Made by a program: the position numbers and the translations under genes. Below, in pieces: positions 20,189 to 28,635 of a DNA stretch of 64,000 nt. Under the pieces are notes generated by a model. That model was not told where the DNA came from. It made no database searches and saw only the letters and a program-made list of their open reading frames with translations. Each line of letters begins with the position of its first letter. Within the stretch, counting starts at the first letter, position 1. Location of the stretch: assembly GCA_016932695.1 (NCBI GenBank), contig JAFGCH010000081.1, positions 15,404 through 79,403 on the forward strand, given 5' to 3'. This DNA comes from Acidimicrobiia bacterium (GTDB lineage Bacteria > Actinomycetota > Acidimicrobiia > Spongiisociales > UBA11373).

Positions 20189-20803
20189 TCAGGGCACCTC
20201 CGGGATCAGCTCCTGGGCGCGGTCGGTGACCGCCCCCGCAGTGAGCGCCGCCGAGGAGCTGAAGTTGACCACCACCTCGTCGCCGATGGCGCTCTCCGAA
20301 GCCATACTCACCCAGGGCCCGGTGACACCGGCGAACCCGCCCGCGCCCAGGGTGCGCAGCCATTCCGAAACGTCCGGGAACTCGAAGGCCACTCCGGTGA
20401 AGGCGACCTGGCCCACCACCCCGCCGATCTGGCCCTCGATGATGCTCCCGTTGAACGACTCCATCCACACCCGCTCGGGAAGAAGCCGGGAGAGGTCGTT
20501 GAGGAAGATGCCCCAGTCGACGTCGTTGGCCAGCGCTTCCTGCACCAAGCCCGCCTTCGAGCGAAACTCCGCCTGCAATGCGGCGGCCTCCGCCAGTGAG
20601 GCCACCTCCTGCTCCAGGCCGGCGTTGACCTCCTGCTGCAGCTCGACGTCGGCCCGCGCTGCCGAAACACGGGTGTTCCAGTAGAACACCCCGGCCACCA
20701 GCACGAGCACGTACGCGATGGCGGCGAGTATCAACAGCCCAATGAGCCGCCGACGGGTTCTCTCTTCGGCGACCTCGGGGGGAAGCAGGTTGATGGGGCG
20801 CAC
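20189..20803 (-). CDS. pilN: Type IV pilus assembly protein PilN
   Basis: MRPINLLPPEV...RR then a TM segment, which is the hallmark PilN N-terminus (INLLP). It is about 200 aa and lies between pilM and pilO. Confidence 0.7.
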   Translation of the reverse strand: MRPINLLPPEVAEERTRRRLIGLLILAAIAYVLVLVAGVFYWNTRVSAARADVELQQEVNAGLEQEVASLAEAAALQAEFRSKAGLVQEALANDVDWGIFLNDLSRLLPERVWMESFNGSIIEGQIGGVVGQVAFTGVAFEFPDVSEWLRTLGAGGFAGVTGPWVSMASESAIGDEVVVNFSSSAALTAGAVTDRAQELIPEVP

Positions 20804-20806
20804 GCG

Positions 20807-21919
20807 TCAGTCCTCCCGAGCCACGTGGGCGAAGCGATTGCCGGGTGGGACCACGTAGCTCCCCCACAACGCCAGGCCCACCGCCGCCGGCAGCACGGGC
20901 TGCAGGTCGAGCAGCTGCGATTCGGTCATGTGCACCCGACCCACACTGACGTGGTCCAGGACCCGGACCGGCTCCACGCGCGTGCCCAGCGCCCGCGCCA
21001 CCCGGTTGGCCAGATGGGGAAGCCGCGCCCCGTTCCCCGACACCAGCAGGCGCTCCAGCGAATGCTCCCCCGCCTGGGTCAGGTAGTAGTTCACCGAGCC
21101 GCGGATCTCCTCGATCAGGCCGTCGGCCGTGCGGGTGAGCAGCCGGCGCAGCGCCGCTTGCTCGTCGTCGCCTTCGGGCAGGCCGGAGGGCACCACTCCC
21201 GCCACTCGCTTCTTCTCCTCGGCGTCCTCCCGACTGAGCGACGCCCCGGCCATGAGCGCTTCGGTGAACTGGTTTCCCCCGGTGGGCAGGATCCGGACGA
21301 AGCGGGTGATACCGCCGCGCACGACGGCGATCTGGGACATAGATGCCCCGATATCCAGGATTCCTTGGGGCCCGTCACCCCCCAGGGTGAGATCCGCCCC
21401 GAACGCCGCCCGCACTAAGCCGAAGGTCTGCAGGTCGATCGAGAGCACTTGCAGCCCGACCTTGCGCGCCACCCCCACCAGGGACTCCACCATCTCGCGC
21501 TGGGCCGCCACCACCAGTATGGAAAGCATGAGGTCGCCGTCGGGAGTGCCGAACTCCTCGAGCGGCACGTAGTCGAGCAGCGCCTCCTCGACCGGGATCG
21601 GGATGGCGTCCTGGACCTGGTACGGCAGGGCCTCGAGCAGCTCCTCCTCCTCCAGGTGAGGCACGTCGACCTGCCGGACGATCACCCGCTGGTTGGCGAT
21701 GCCCACCACAACCCGCTTGCGCGGCAGGCGATGGCGCTTCCACAGCGCGCTCACTGCCTCGGTAACGGCGCCCTGATCGACGACGTCGCCGCCCTGGACC
21801 GCTCCCGGCGGCAGCGGCATCTCGACGAACCGGCGCAGCACCGGAGTGGGCTTGCCGGTTTCGACTACGGCGGCCCGCACCGCCTCCGAGCCAATGTCGA
21901 GGCCGACCGCGATCGGCAT
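20807..21919 (-). CDS. pilM: Type IV pilus assembly ATPase-like protein PilM (actin fold); the real start is the internal MPIAVGLDIG
   Basis: VGLDIGSEAVRAAVV..., ...ILDIGASMSQIAVV.GG, N.YL and LLVSGNGARLP are PilM/FtsA-like motifs. It is followed by pilN. Confidence 0.8.
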   Translation of the reverse strand: MPIAVGLDIGSEAVRAAVVETGKPTPVLRRFVEMPLPPGAVQGGDVVDQGAVTEAVSALWKRHRLPRKRVVVGIANQRVIVRQVDVPHLEEEELLEALPYQVQDAIPIPVEEALLDYVPLEEFGTPDGDLMLSILVVAAQREMVESLVGVARKVGLQVLSIDLQTFGLVRAAFGADLTLGGDGPQGILDIGASMSQIAVVRGGITRFVRILPTGGNQFTEALMAGASLSREDAEEKKRVAGVVPSGLPEGDDEQAALRRLLTRTADGLIEEIRGSVNYYLTQAGEHSLERLLVSGNGARLPHLANRVARALGTRVEPVRVLDHVSVGRVHMTESQLLDLQPVLPAAVGLALWGSYVVPPGNRFAHVARED

Positions 21920-22080
21920 CACTCCTCCGTTGTGGCCGCCCGGGGCGGCTCCTCGCTCGATCACACCGTGGTAACTACACGGGTGTCAGGCAAAAGGCTA
22001 CACAACGGACCGCGCGCCTCCAAGGATCTGGGCTGATCCTGCCGAGCGCGGGCCGCGCGAGGACCGCGCGCCTAAGGTGG

Positions 22081-22851
22081 TCAGCCCAGGTACCAGCCGG
22101 CGATGGTCTCCCCCCAAGCCAGGGCCAGCGCGGCGCCGACGACCATAGCCGGGCCGAAAGGGATCGCATCCTTGCGCCCGGCCCGCCGGGTGACGAGCAG
22201 GCCCGCCGCCACCAGCCCTCCTACGGCAAAGGCGGCGAACGCCCCCACCGCCAGCACGCCCCAGGATCGATAGGCCAGCACCGCCCCCAGGAGCAGGCCC
22301 AGTTTCACGTCGCCGAACCCGAAGCCGCCCCGCGCCGCCAGGGCCACCAGGAAGAGCAGGGCGAAGTACGCCGCCGCTCCCCCGGCGGAGCGCGCCCAGG
22401 CCATGGGTTCTCCGTCCAGGAAAGCCGCCGCCCCCAGCAGCACCAGCGTCACCGCCGCCCCCGGCAGCAGGATGCGATCGGGGATCCGCTTGACGTCGAG
22501 ATCCGTCAGCGTCAGGGCGATGGCGACTGCGGCCGCCCACCAAAACGCCGGCAAGGCCCACGACGGCCCGAGCAGAAGGGCCAGGCCGGCGAAGGCAGCC
22601 CCCGTGCCGGCTTCCACGAACGGATAGCGCACCGAGATGCCGCTCCCGCAATCGCGGCACCGGCCTCGCAGCAAGAGCCAGGACAGCACCGGGATGTTGT
22701 CCCGGGCCCGGATCTCATGGCCGCACGCCGGGCAAGCCGACCGGGGGCGCACCACCGACTTCCGCAGGGGGACGCGATAGGCGACCACGTTGACGAACGA
22801 CCCGGCCACCAGGCCGAGCACCGCACCCACGATTGCCAGCCAACCTGTCAC
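22081..22851 (-). CDS. pilD: Prepilin peptidase (A24 family)
   Basis: The Cys-rich N-terminal zinc module (CPACG...CRDCG) follows N-terminal TMs, with multi-pass membrane helices and conserved Asp positions. It aligns to PilD/TadV. Confidence 0.85.
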   Translation of the reverse strand: MTGWLAIVGAVLGLVAGSFVNVVAYRVPLRKSVVRPRSACPACGHEIRARDNIPVLSWLLLRGRCRDCGSGISVRYPFVEAGTGAAFAGLALLLGPSWALPAFWWAAAVAIALTLTDLDVKRIPDRILLPGAAVTLVLLGAAAFLDGEPMAWARSAGGAAAYFALLFLVALAARGGFGFGDVKLGLLLGAVLAYRSWGVLAVGAFAAFAVGGLVAAGLLVTRRAGRKDAIPFGPAMVVGAALALAWGETIAGWYLG

Positions 22852-22964
22852 CGCCGGTCACCTCCTGCTCCGCTCGCCGGCTCGAGGCCCCCGTCTCACA
22901 GCATCGGACGTGCGAAGGCGAAGGTGAAGGGGTTGATGCCCGGCGGCCTGCCACGCCGGCCGGG

Positions 22965-23432
22965 TCAGAAGCCGCCCTGGTGGTACCCGGCGGGAATCAC
23001 CGCCGGGCAGTCGGCACCGGAGAGGTCCGTGGCCCCGTAGTGAGTTCCCAGTGCGGCGCTGTCCCAAATGGAGAAGACCCGTCCCGAAGCCGAGTCTCGC
23101 GTCAGGCACACGACCTGCGGGTCGGCGTCGTTCAGGTCCACGTACACCCCATCGGCCGGGTCCAGGCTCAGCCAGGAACCCGGGCGCACCGCCCGCAGAA
23201 CACCCCAATCGGCGGTGTAGGCCCCCTCCTCCAGCCACACCATCTTCTCCGCCAGCAGGATGTTGCGCAGATCGGTATGGGCGGCTCGGTCCTGGGCCGC
23301 GTGGCGAACGCCGAGGAAGTAGGGAATGGCCACGGCCAGCAGCACCGCCAGGATGGCCGCCACCATCATCAGCTCGATCAGGGTGAACCCCACATCACCC
23401 CTCGGCCGGTGTTTCACGAGACCCCTCCACAA
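22965..23432 (-). CDS. Type IV pilin (paralog 1)
   Basis: Class III signal ...RGDVG/FTLIELMMVAAILAVLLAVAIP, and a C-terminal disulfide-bonded region (C...C). Confidence 0.8.
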   Translation of the reverse strand: MWRGLVKHRPRGDVGFTLIELMMVAAILAVLLAVAIPYFLGVRHAAQDRAAHTDLRNILLAEKMVWLEEGAYTADWGVLRAVRPGSWLSLDPADGVYVDLNDADPQVVCLTRDSASGRVFSIWDSAALGTHYGATDLSGADCPAVIPAGYHQGGF

Positions 23433-23439
23433 GCGGGCT

Positions 23440-23465
23440 GGGGGCGGGCCGTCGGCCCGCCCCCA
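23440..23465 (-). terminator. Perfect 11-bp GC hairpin (GGGGGCGGGCC gac GGCCCGCCCCC) immediately 3' of pilin paralog 2
   Basis: Inverted repeat seen directly in the sequence. There is no U-tract, which is common for high-GC terminators. Confidence 0.45.
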
Positions 23466-23490
23466 GCAACTCGGTAGACGTTGGGTGTGC

Positions 23491-23955
23491 TTACCAGCCG
23501 CCCTGGACGTAGCCGGCCGGGGCAGCCGCCGGGCAGTCCGCGGCCGACAGGTCGGTGGCGCCGTAGAAGGTGCCCGCCGTCGCGCTCTCCCAGATGGAGA
23601 AGGTGCTCCCCGAATCGGAATCGCGCACCAGGCAGACGATGTCCGCGCTGGCGGCGTTCAGGTCCAGGAAGACACCGTCCGCCGGGTCGGCGGCGATCAC
23701 CGCGTTCGGCTCCAGAGCAGTGATGTCGCCCGCGGTCTGGGTGTAGTCGCCGTCTTCCAGCCAGAAGGCCTTCTCGGCGAGCAGCACGTTGCGGACCTCG
23801 CTCTGGGCCGACCGGTCCTGAGCGGACTTGCGGAAGCCGAGGAACGAAGGGATGGCAATGGCGATGAGGACTGCAATGATCATCACCACGACCATGAGCT
23901 CGATGAGCGTGAAGCCCTCGCTCCCGGCCAGCCGCTTGCGGATGGCCTTGGTCAT
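23491..23955 (-). CDS. Type IV pilin (paralog 2, candidate major pilin)
   Basis: MTKAIRKRLAGSEG/FTLIELMVVVMIIAVLIAIAIP, a strong SD (GAGGAGG) 8 nt upstream of the ATG, and a stable terminator hairpin downstream. Confidence 0.8.
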   Translation of the reverse strand: MTKAIRKRLAGSEGFTLIELMVVVMIIAVLIAIAIPSFLGFRKSAQDRSAQSEVRNVLLAEKAFWLEDGDYTQTAGDITALEPNAVIAADPADGVFLDLNAASADIVCLVRDSDSGSTFSIWESATAGTFYGATDLSAADCPAAAPAGYVQGGW

Positions 23956-24066
23956 CTTGGAAACCTCCTCAGGTTTCTCGGTCCCGGACCGGGGGTTCCC
24001 GATCCGCAGGCTTTATCGGCCGCGCCGCGACGCTTCTTGAGCGGGTTGCGCACCCCCGAACGCGCC

Positions 24067-24091
24067 GCAGCCGGGCTCCCGGCCCGGCTGC
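24067..24091 (-). terminator. GC-rich hairpin (GCAGCCGGGC ...GCCCGGCUGC) 3' of pilC and 5' of the pilin gene promoter region
   Basis: Inverted repeat seen in the sequence, with no U-tract. Confidence 0.35.
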
Positions 24092-24110
24092 GGTTGCCTC
24101 GATGCTCCGC

Positions 24111-25343
24111 TTACCGCTGGATCAGGTTGGCGATGCTGAACATCGGCAGATACAGCGAGATGAGGATGCCGCCCACGCCCACGCCCATCACCACGATCAG
24201 GAAGGGTTCGATGAGGCTGGTGAGGGCGTTCACCGAGTCGTCGACCTCCTGGTCGTAGAAGTCCGCCACCTTGGCCAGCATGGCGTCGAGGGCGCCAGTC
24301 TCCTCCCCCACCGCCATCATGTGGGTCACCATCGGGGGGAAGACCTCATGGCGCGCCAGAGGGCCGGCCAGCGACTCGCCTCGCTTCACCGACTCCTGCA
24401 CGTCCGCCAGGGCCTCGGAGACCACCGCGTTGCCCGCGGTGTCCGCCACGATGTCCAGCGCCTGGAGCACCGGCACCCCGGTCCGGCTCAACACCGACAT
24501 GGTGCGGGCGAAGCGGCTGATGGCGATCTTCTGCACCAGCTTGCCGAAGACGGGGAAGCGCAGCTTCAGGCGATCCCACTTGGCGCGACCCGCAGGAGTG
24601 CGGATCCAACGCTTGAAGCCCACGACCGTGCCGATGGTCAGCAACGCCAGCAGCCACCAGAACTTGGTCAGCATCCCCGAGAGGGTCATGAGCATCTGCG
24701 TCGGCGCCGGCAGGGTGCCCCCCAACTCGTCGTACATCCTCTTGAAGATCGGCACGATGAAAAGCAGCATCGCGCTCAGGATGAGCACGAGCAGCCCGAG
24801 GACCACCACCGGGTAGGCCATAGCCGACTTCACCTTGGAGCGCAGCCGCACCCCGGACTCCAGGGTGTCCGCCAGCCGGATCAGAGTCTCGTCGAGGGCG
24901 CCGCCCACCTCCCCCGCCTGCACCATGGCCACGTAGAGATGCCCGAAGACCTTCGGGTGGCTGGCCAGGCTGGCCGACAGACTGGACCCCTGCTCCACCC
25001 GGGTGCGGACGTCGCCGATCACCCCGGCCAGCGTGGGATTGCGGCTCTGCTCCTGCAGGACGGTGAGGGCGCGCACCAGGGTCAGCCCGGAGTTCACCAT
25101 CGTGGCCAGCTGACGGCTGAAGACCGCGACCTCCTTGGCCTTGACCTTCTTCTTCATCCCGGGGAGCTTGACCTCCTTGTCGAGGGTGCCCACCCGGCGC
25201 TCGGCGATCTTGAGGGGCACGAAGCCCTTGTCACGGAGGGTCTTGGCCACCGCAGCCGACGAGGCGGCCTCCATCTGGCCCGTCTGGACGCCGCCCGCCC
25301 GGTCGCGCACCCTGTACTCGAAGGTCATCGTGGGATTGCTCAC
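24111..25343 (-). CDS. pilC: Type IV pilus inner-membrane platform protein PilC (GspF family)
   Basis: 410 aa with two GspF repeats and 3-4 TMs; ...VNALTSLIEPFLIVVMGVGVGGILISLYLPMF... is the typical PilC C-terminus. Confidence 0.85.
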   Translation of the reverse strand: MSNPTMTFEYRVRDRAGGVQTGQMEAASSAAVAKTLRDKGFVPLKIAERRVGTLDKEVKLPGMKKKVKAKEVAVFSRQLATMVNSGLTLVRALTVLQEQSRNPTLAGVIGDVRTRVEQGSSLSASLASHPKVFGHLYVAMVQAGEVGGALDETLIRLADTLESGVRLRSKVKSAMAYPVVVLGLLVLILSAMLLFIVPIFKRMYDELGGTLPAPTQMLMTLSGMLTKFWWLLALLTIGTVVGFKRWIRTPAGRAKWDRLKLRFPVFGKLVQKIAISRFARTMSVLSRTGVPVLQALDIVADTAGNAVVSEALADVQESVKRGESLAGPLARHEVFPPMVTHMMAVGEETGALDAMLAKVADFYDQEVDDSVNALTSLIEPFLIVVMGVGVGGILISLYLPMFSIANLIQR

Positions 25344-26962
25344 AGCCTCCCCCTCCCCAGGAGATCCATCAGTTCTTCGGCATTCGAGGCCCGTTCTGTA
25401 GCCGCGGCCACCGAGATCTGGCCCGCCCGGACCAGATGGGCCAGCGACTGCTCCATGGTGTGCATGCCGTGCTTGCCCCCGGCCTGCATCGCGGTGCGGA
25501 TCTGGTGCACCTTGCCCTCCCGTATCAGGTTTCGCACCGCCGGGGTGGCCACCAGCACCTCCACCGCGGCCACTCGTCCCTTGCCGTTCATAGTCGGCAG
25601 CAGCTGCTGGCAGACGACACCCTGCAGCGACCCGGCCAGCTGCACCCGCACCTGCTGCTGCTGGTGGGAGGGGAACACATCGATCACCCGCTGCACCGTG
25701 CCCGGGGCGTCCTGGGTGTGCAGGGTGGCGAAGACCAGATGCCCGGTTTCAGCGGCGGTCAGGGCAGTGGCCATGGTCTCGAGGTCGCGCAGCTCGCCCA
25801 CCAGAATGACGTCGGGGTCCTGACGGAGGGCGTGCTTGAGGGCGCTGGCGAAACTCACCGTGTCCGAACCCACCTCGCGCTGGTTCACCACGGCCATCTT
25901 GTGGCGGTGCATGTACTCGATGGGATCCTCCACCGTCATCACGTGCACCGCTCGGGTCCGGTTGATCAGGTCGATCAGGGAAGCCAGCGTGGTGGACTTG
26001 CCCTGACCCGTGGCCCCCGTCACCAGCACCAGGCCCCGGCTCATGCGAGTGAACTCCGCCACCACCGGGGGCATACCCAGCTCTTCGAGAGACATGATGT
26101 GCTCCGGGAGGGCTCGCAGCACCGCCCCGACGGACCCGCGCTGGAAGTAGACGTTGACCCGGAAGCGGCCCCGCCCCGCCACCGGGTGGGAGCAGTCGAG
26201 TTCGCGCTTCTCCTCGAGTTCCTCACGCTGGCGTCCGCTCAAGATGCCGTAGATCAGGGTGCGGAGCGTGCCGGGCATCAGCCGCGCGTACCCCTCGATC
26301 GGCTGGATTTCGCCGTCGATCCGTCGCAACGGCGGTGACCCCGCGGTCAGGTGGAGATCAGAGGAGCCCGAGTCGAGCACCAGCTCGAGCAGCTGGTTCA
26401 GGTGGTATCCCGGGTCCTCTCCCTCAACCGGGGCATCGCCCAGCCGCAGTTCCGGGCTCTCCGAGCCGCGCCGGGCCGGACTGCCGTTGGCCGCCGCCGG
26501 CCGGACCGCCGAGCTCCCCGGCCCGTAGACCCGGGCCAGGACGGCCTCTAGGCCCGCCCGGGGTGCCAGCGCGGGCACCACCCGGCACCGGCTCAGCTTC
26601 TCCACCAGAGACAGCTTGGCCCGGTTCATGGGATCGGCCAGGGCGACCACCAGGCCGTCGGGCCCCTCGCGCCGCAGCGGCAGAGCTTGCTGCCCGGTGG
26701 CGGTGGCCGGGTCGAGGCGACCGAGCGCCTCGGCATCCGGCTCCCATCCGTTCGTAGGGTCGAAGTACTCGATACCCAAGCGCTCGGCGGCCACCCGAAG
26801 CACTTCCTCCGGGGGTACGCGTCCCTCCCCGAGCAGCAACCGCGTGGGGTGGGCCCCGGCGTCCTGCGCCCGAGCCACGATGTGCTCCAGGGCCGATGGG
26901 GCGAGCACGCCCCGGTCCACCAGGAGCTGCCCCAACTGCCGGAAGGCCTTCGGATCGGGCAT
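25340..26962 (-). CDS. pilT: PilT-type twitching/retraction ATPase with an extra N-terminal T2SE_N/MshEN-like domain; the real start is the internal MPDPKAF, and its ATG overlaps the pilB stop
   Basis: PilT core: DLHLTAGSPPLRRIDGE, RFRVNVYFQRGSVGAVLRALP, Walker A GATGQGKSTT, Walker B ILVGELRD and AVRNLIREGK, with no tetracysteine. The N-terminal about 190 aa resemble the GspE N-domain (LGQLLVDRGVL...ALEHIV..AQ). Confidence 0.8.
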   Translation of the reverse strand: MPDPKAFRQLGQLLVDRGVLAPSALEHIVARAQDAGAHPTRLLLGEGRVPPEEVLRVAAERLGIEYFDPTNGWEPDAEALGRLDPATATGQQALPLRREGPDGLVVALADPMNRAKLSLVEKLSRCRVVPALAPRAGLEAVLARVYGPGSSAVRPAAANGSPARRGSESPELRLGDAPVEGEDPGYHLNQLLELVLDSGSSDLHLTAGSPPLRRIDGEIQPIEGYARLMPGTLRTLIYGILSGRQREELEEKRELDCSHPVAGRGRFRVNVYFQRGSVGAVLRALPEHIMSLEELGMPPVVAEFTRMSRGLVLVTGATGQGKSTTLASLIDLINRTRAVHVMTVEDPIEYMHRHKMAVVNQREVGSDTVSFASALKHALRQDPDVILVGELRDLETMATALTAAETGHLVFATLHTQDAPGTVQRVIDVFPSHQQQQVRVQLAGSLQGVVCQQLLPTMNGKGRVAAVEVLVATPAVRNLIREGKVHQIRTAMQAGGKHGMHTMEQSLAHLVRAGQISVAAATERASNAEELMDLLGRGRL

Positions 26963-26964
26963 GC

Positions 26965-28635
26965 TCACACCACCACCCTCAGCACCTCTTCGAGCGTGGT
27001 CAGCCCGAGGCGCACCTTCTCCTGCCCGTCCCGGCGCAACGTGCGCATGCCCTGCTCGATCGCCACCTTCTTGATCTCGTCCGAGGGCCGGCGTTCCACC
27101 GCCATGCGCTGGATCTCCTCGGTGACGGTGAGCACCTCGTTGATGGACAGCCGCCCGCGGTAGCCGGTGCCCGAGCACACCTTGCAGCCCACCGCCTCGA
27201 AGATGGTGGCCGGCTCCCCTTCCGGCGGCAGCCCGATCTGCACCCGGACCTCCGAGGAGGCCTCGTGGGGGCGCCGGCAACGCTGGCAGAGCTTGCGCGC
27301 CAGCCGCTGCGCCACGATGCAGTCGAGGGCGGAGCTCACCAGGTACGCCTCCACCCCCATGTCGACCAGGCGGTTGATGGAAGAGGCCGCGTCGTTGGTG
27401 TGCAGCGTGGTGAGCACCAGGTGCCCGGTGAGGGCGGCTTCCACCGCGGTCTTGGCCGTCTCGGTGTCTCGTACCTCACCCACCAGCACGATGTCGGGAT
27501 CCGAGCGCAGAATCGACTTGAGGGCGGTGGCGAAGAGCAGGCCCGCCTTGCGGTTCACCTGCACCTGGGTGACCCCCGCCAGGCGGTACTCCACCGGGTC
27601 TTCCACCGTGATGATGTTGCGATCCGGCTTGTTGAGCACGTTGAGCGCGGCGTACAGGGTGGTGGTCTTGCCGGACCCCGTCGGCCCGGTGACCAGGATC
27701 GCCCCGTACGGCTTGGCCAGGGACTGGGAGAACCTGTCGAGCGCGTGGGGCATGAAGCCGAGGTCCGACAGCTGCAGGACCGCGTCGTCCTTGTCGAGGA
27801 CCCGGATGACCACCTTCTCCCCGTAGATGGTGGGCAGCGTCGCCACCCGAAGGTCGATCGGCCGGTTGTTCACCCGCAGGCCCACCCGGCCGTCCTGGGG
27901 CACCCGCCGCTCGGCGATGTCGAGGTCGGCCATGATCTTCACCCGGCTCACCACCGCTCCCGCCACCGAGCGCGGTGTGGTCATCACTTCGTGCAGCACC
28001 CCGTCGATACGAAACCTCACCCGCAGGTCCTTCTCCCCGGGTTCCAGGTGCAGGTCCGAAGCCCGTTCGTTGACCGCCCGGGTGATCAGCGTGTTGATCA
28101 GCTTGACCACGGGCGCCTCTTCGACGGCGGCCTCGATCTTGGACAGGTCTTCCACCGCCTCCCCGTCGGCCACCATGTCCGCCAAGTCGGCCACCGACTC
28201 GTCGTAGCGCGCCAGACGCCGGATGGCATCCAGGATGTCGCTCCGGGTGGCGATCCGGGGCGAGATGCGCATTCCCGTGATGGCGCGCAAATCGTCGACC
28301 ACCAGCACGTTGCTGGGGTCGGCCATGGCCACTACCAGGCGATCGTTCTCGAAACCGATGGGGATCACCACGTACCGGCGGGCCAGCGACTCCGGCAGCA
28401 GGGCCGCGGCGGCCGGGTCGATGGTGCTCTCGGCCAGGTTCACATACTCCAGGCCGGAGCGACGAGCCAGCACCCGCACGATGTCCGCTTCGGCGATGAT
28501 GTGCTCCTCGACCAGGATGCGGGTCAGGGGCAGGCCCGATTCGGCCTGTACCGCCGTGGCCCGTTCCAGGTCGCGTCGGGTCAGCAGGCCTTCATCGAGC
28601 AGCAACGACCCGATGTGCTCGGCATCTGCAGGCAC
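26965..28635 (-). CDS. pilB: Type IV pilus assembly (extension) ATPase PilB/GspE family
   Basis: N-terminal T2SE_N domain, Walker A GPTGSGKTTTLYA, and the tetracysteine CQRCRRP...CKVCSGTG. It is 556 aa. Confidence 0.9.
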   Translation of the reverse strand: MPADAEHIGSLLLDEGLLTRRDLERATAVQAESGLPLTRILVEEHIIAEADIVRVLARRSGLEYVNLAESTIDPAAAALLPESLARRYVVIPIGFENDRLVVAMADPSNVLVVDDLRAITGMRISPRIATRSDILDAIRRLARYDESVADLADMVADGEAVEDLSKIEAAVEEAPVVKLINTLITRAVNERASDLHLEPGEKDLRVRFRIDGVLHEVMTTPRSVAGAVVSRVKIMADLDIAERRVPQDGRVGLRVNNRPIDLRVATLPTIYGEKVVIRVLDKDDAVLQLSDLGFMPHALDRFSQSLAKPYGAILVTGPTGSGKTTTLYAALNVLNKPDRNIITVEDPVEYRLAGVTQVQVNRKAGLLFATALKSILRSDPDIVLVGEVRDTETAKTAVEAALTGHLVLTTLHTNDAASSINRLVDMGVEAYLVSSALDCIVAQRLARKLCQRCRRPHEASSEVRVQIGLPPEGEPATIFEAVGCKVCSGTGYRGRLSINEVLTVTEEIQRMAVERRPSDEIKKVAIEQGMRTLRRDGQEKVRLGLTTLEEVLRVVV

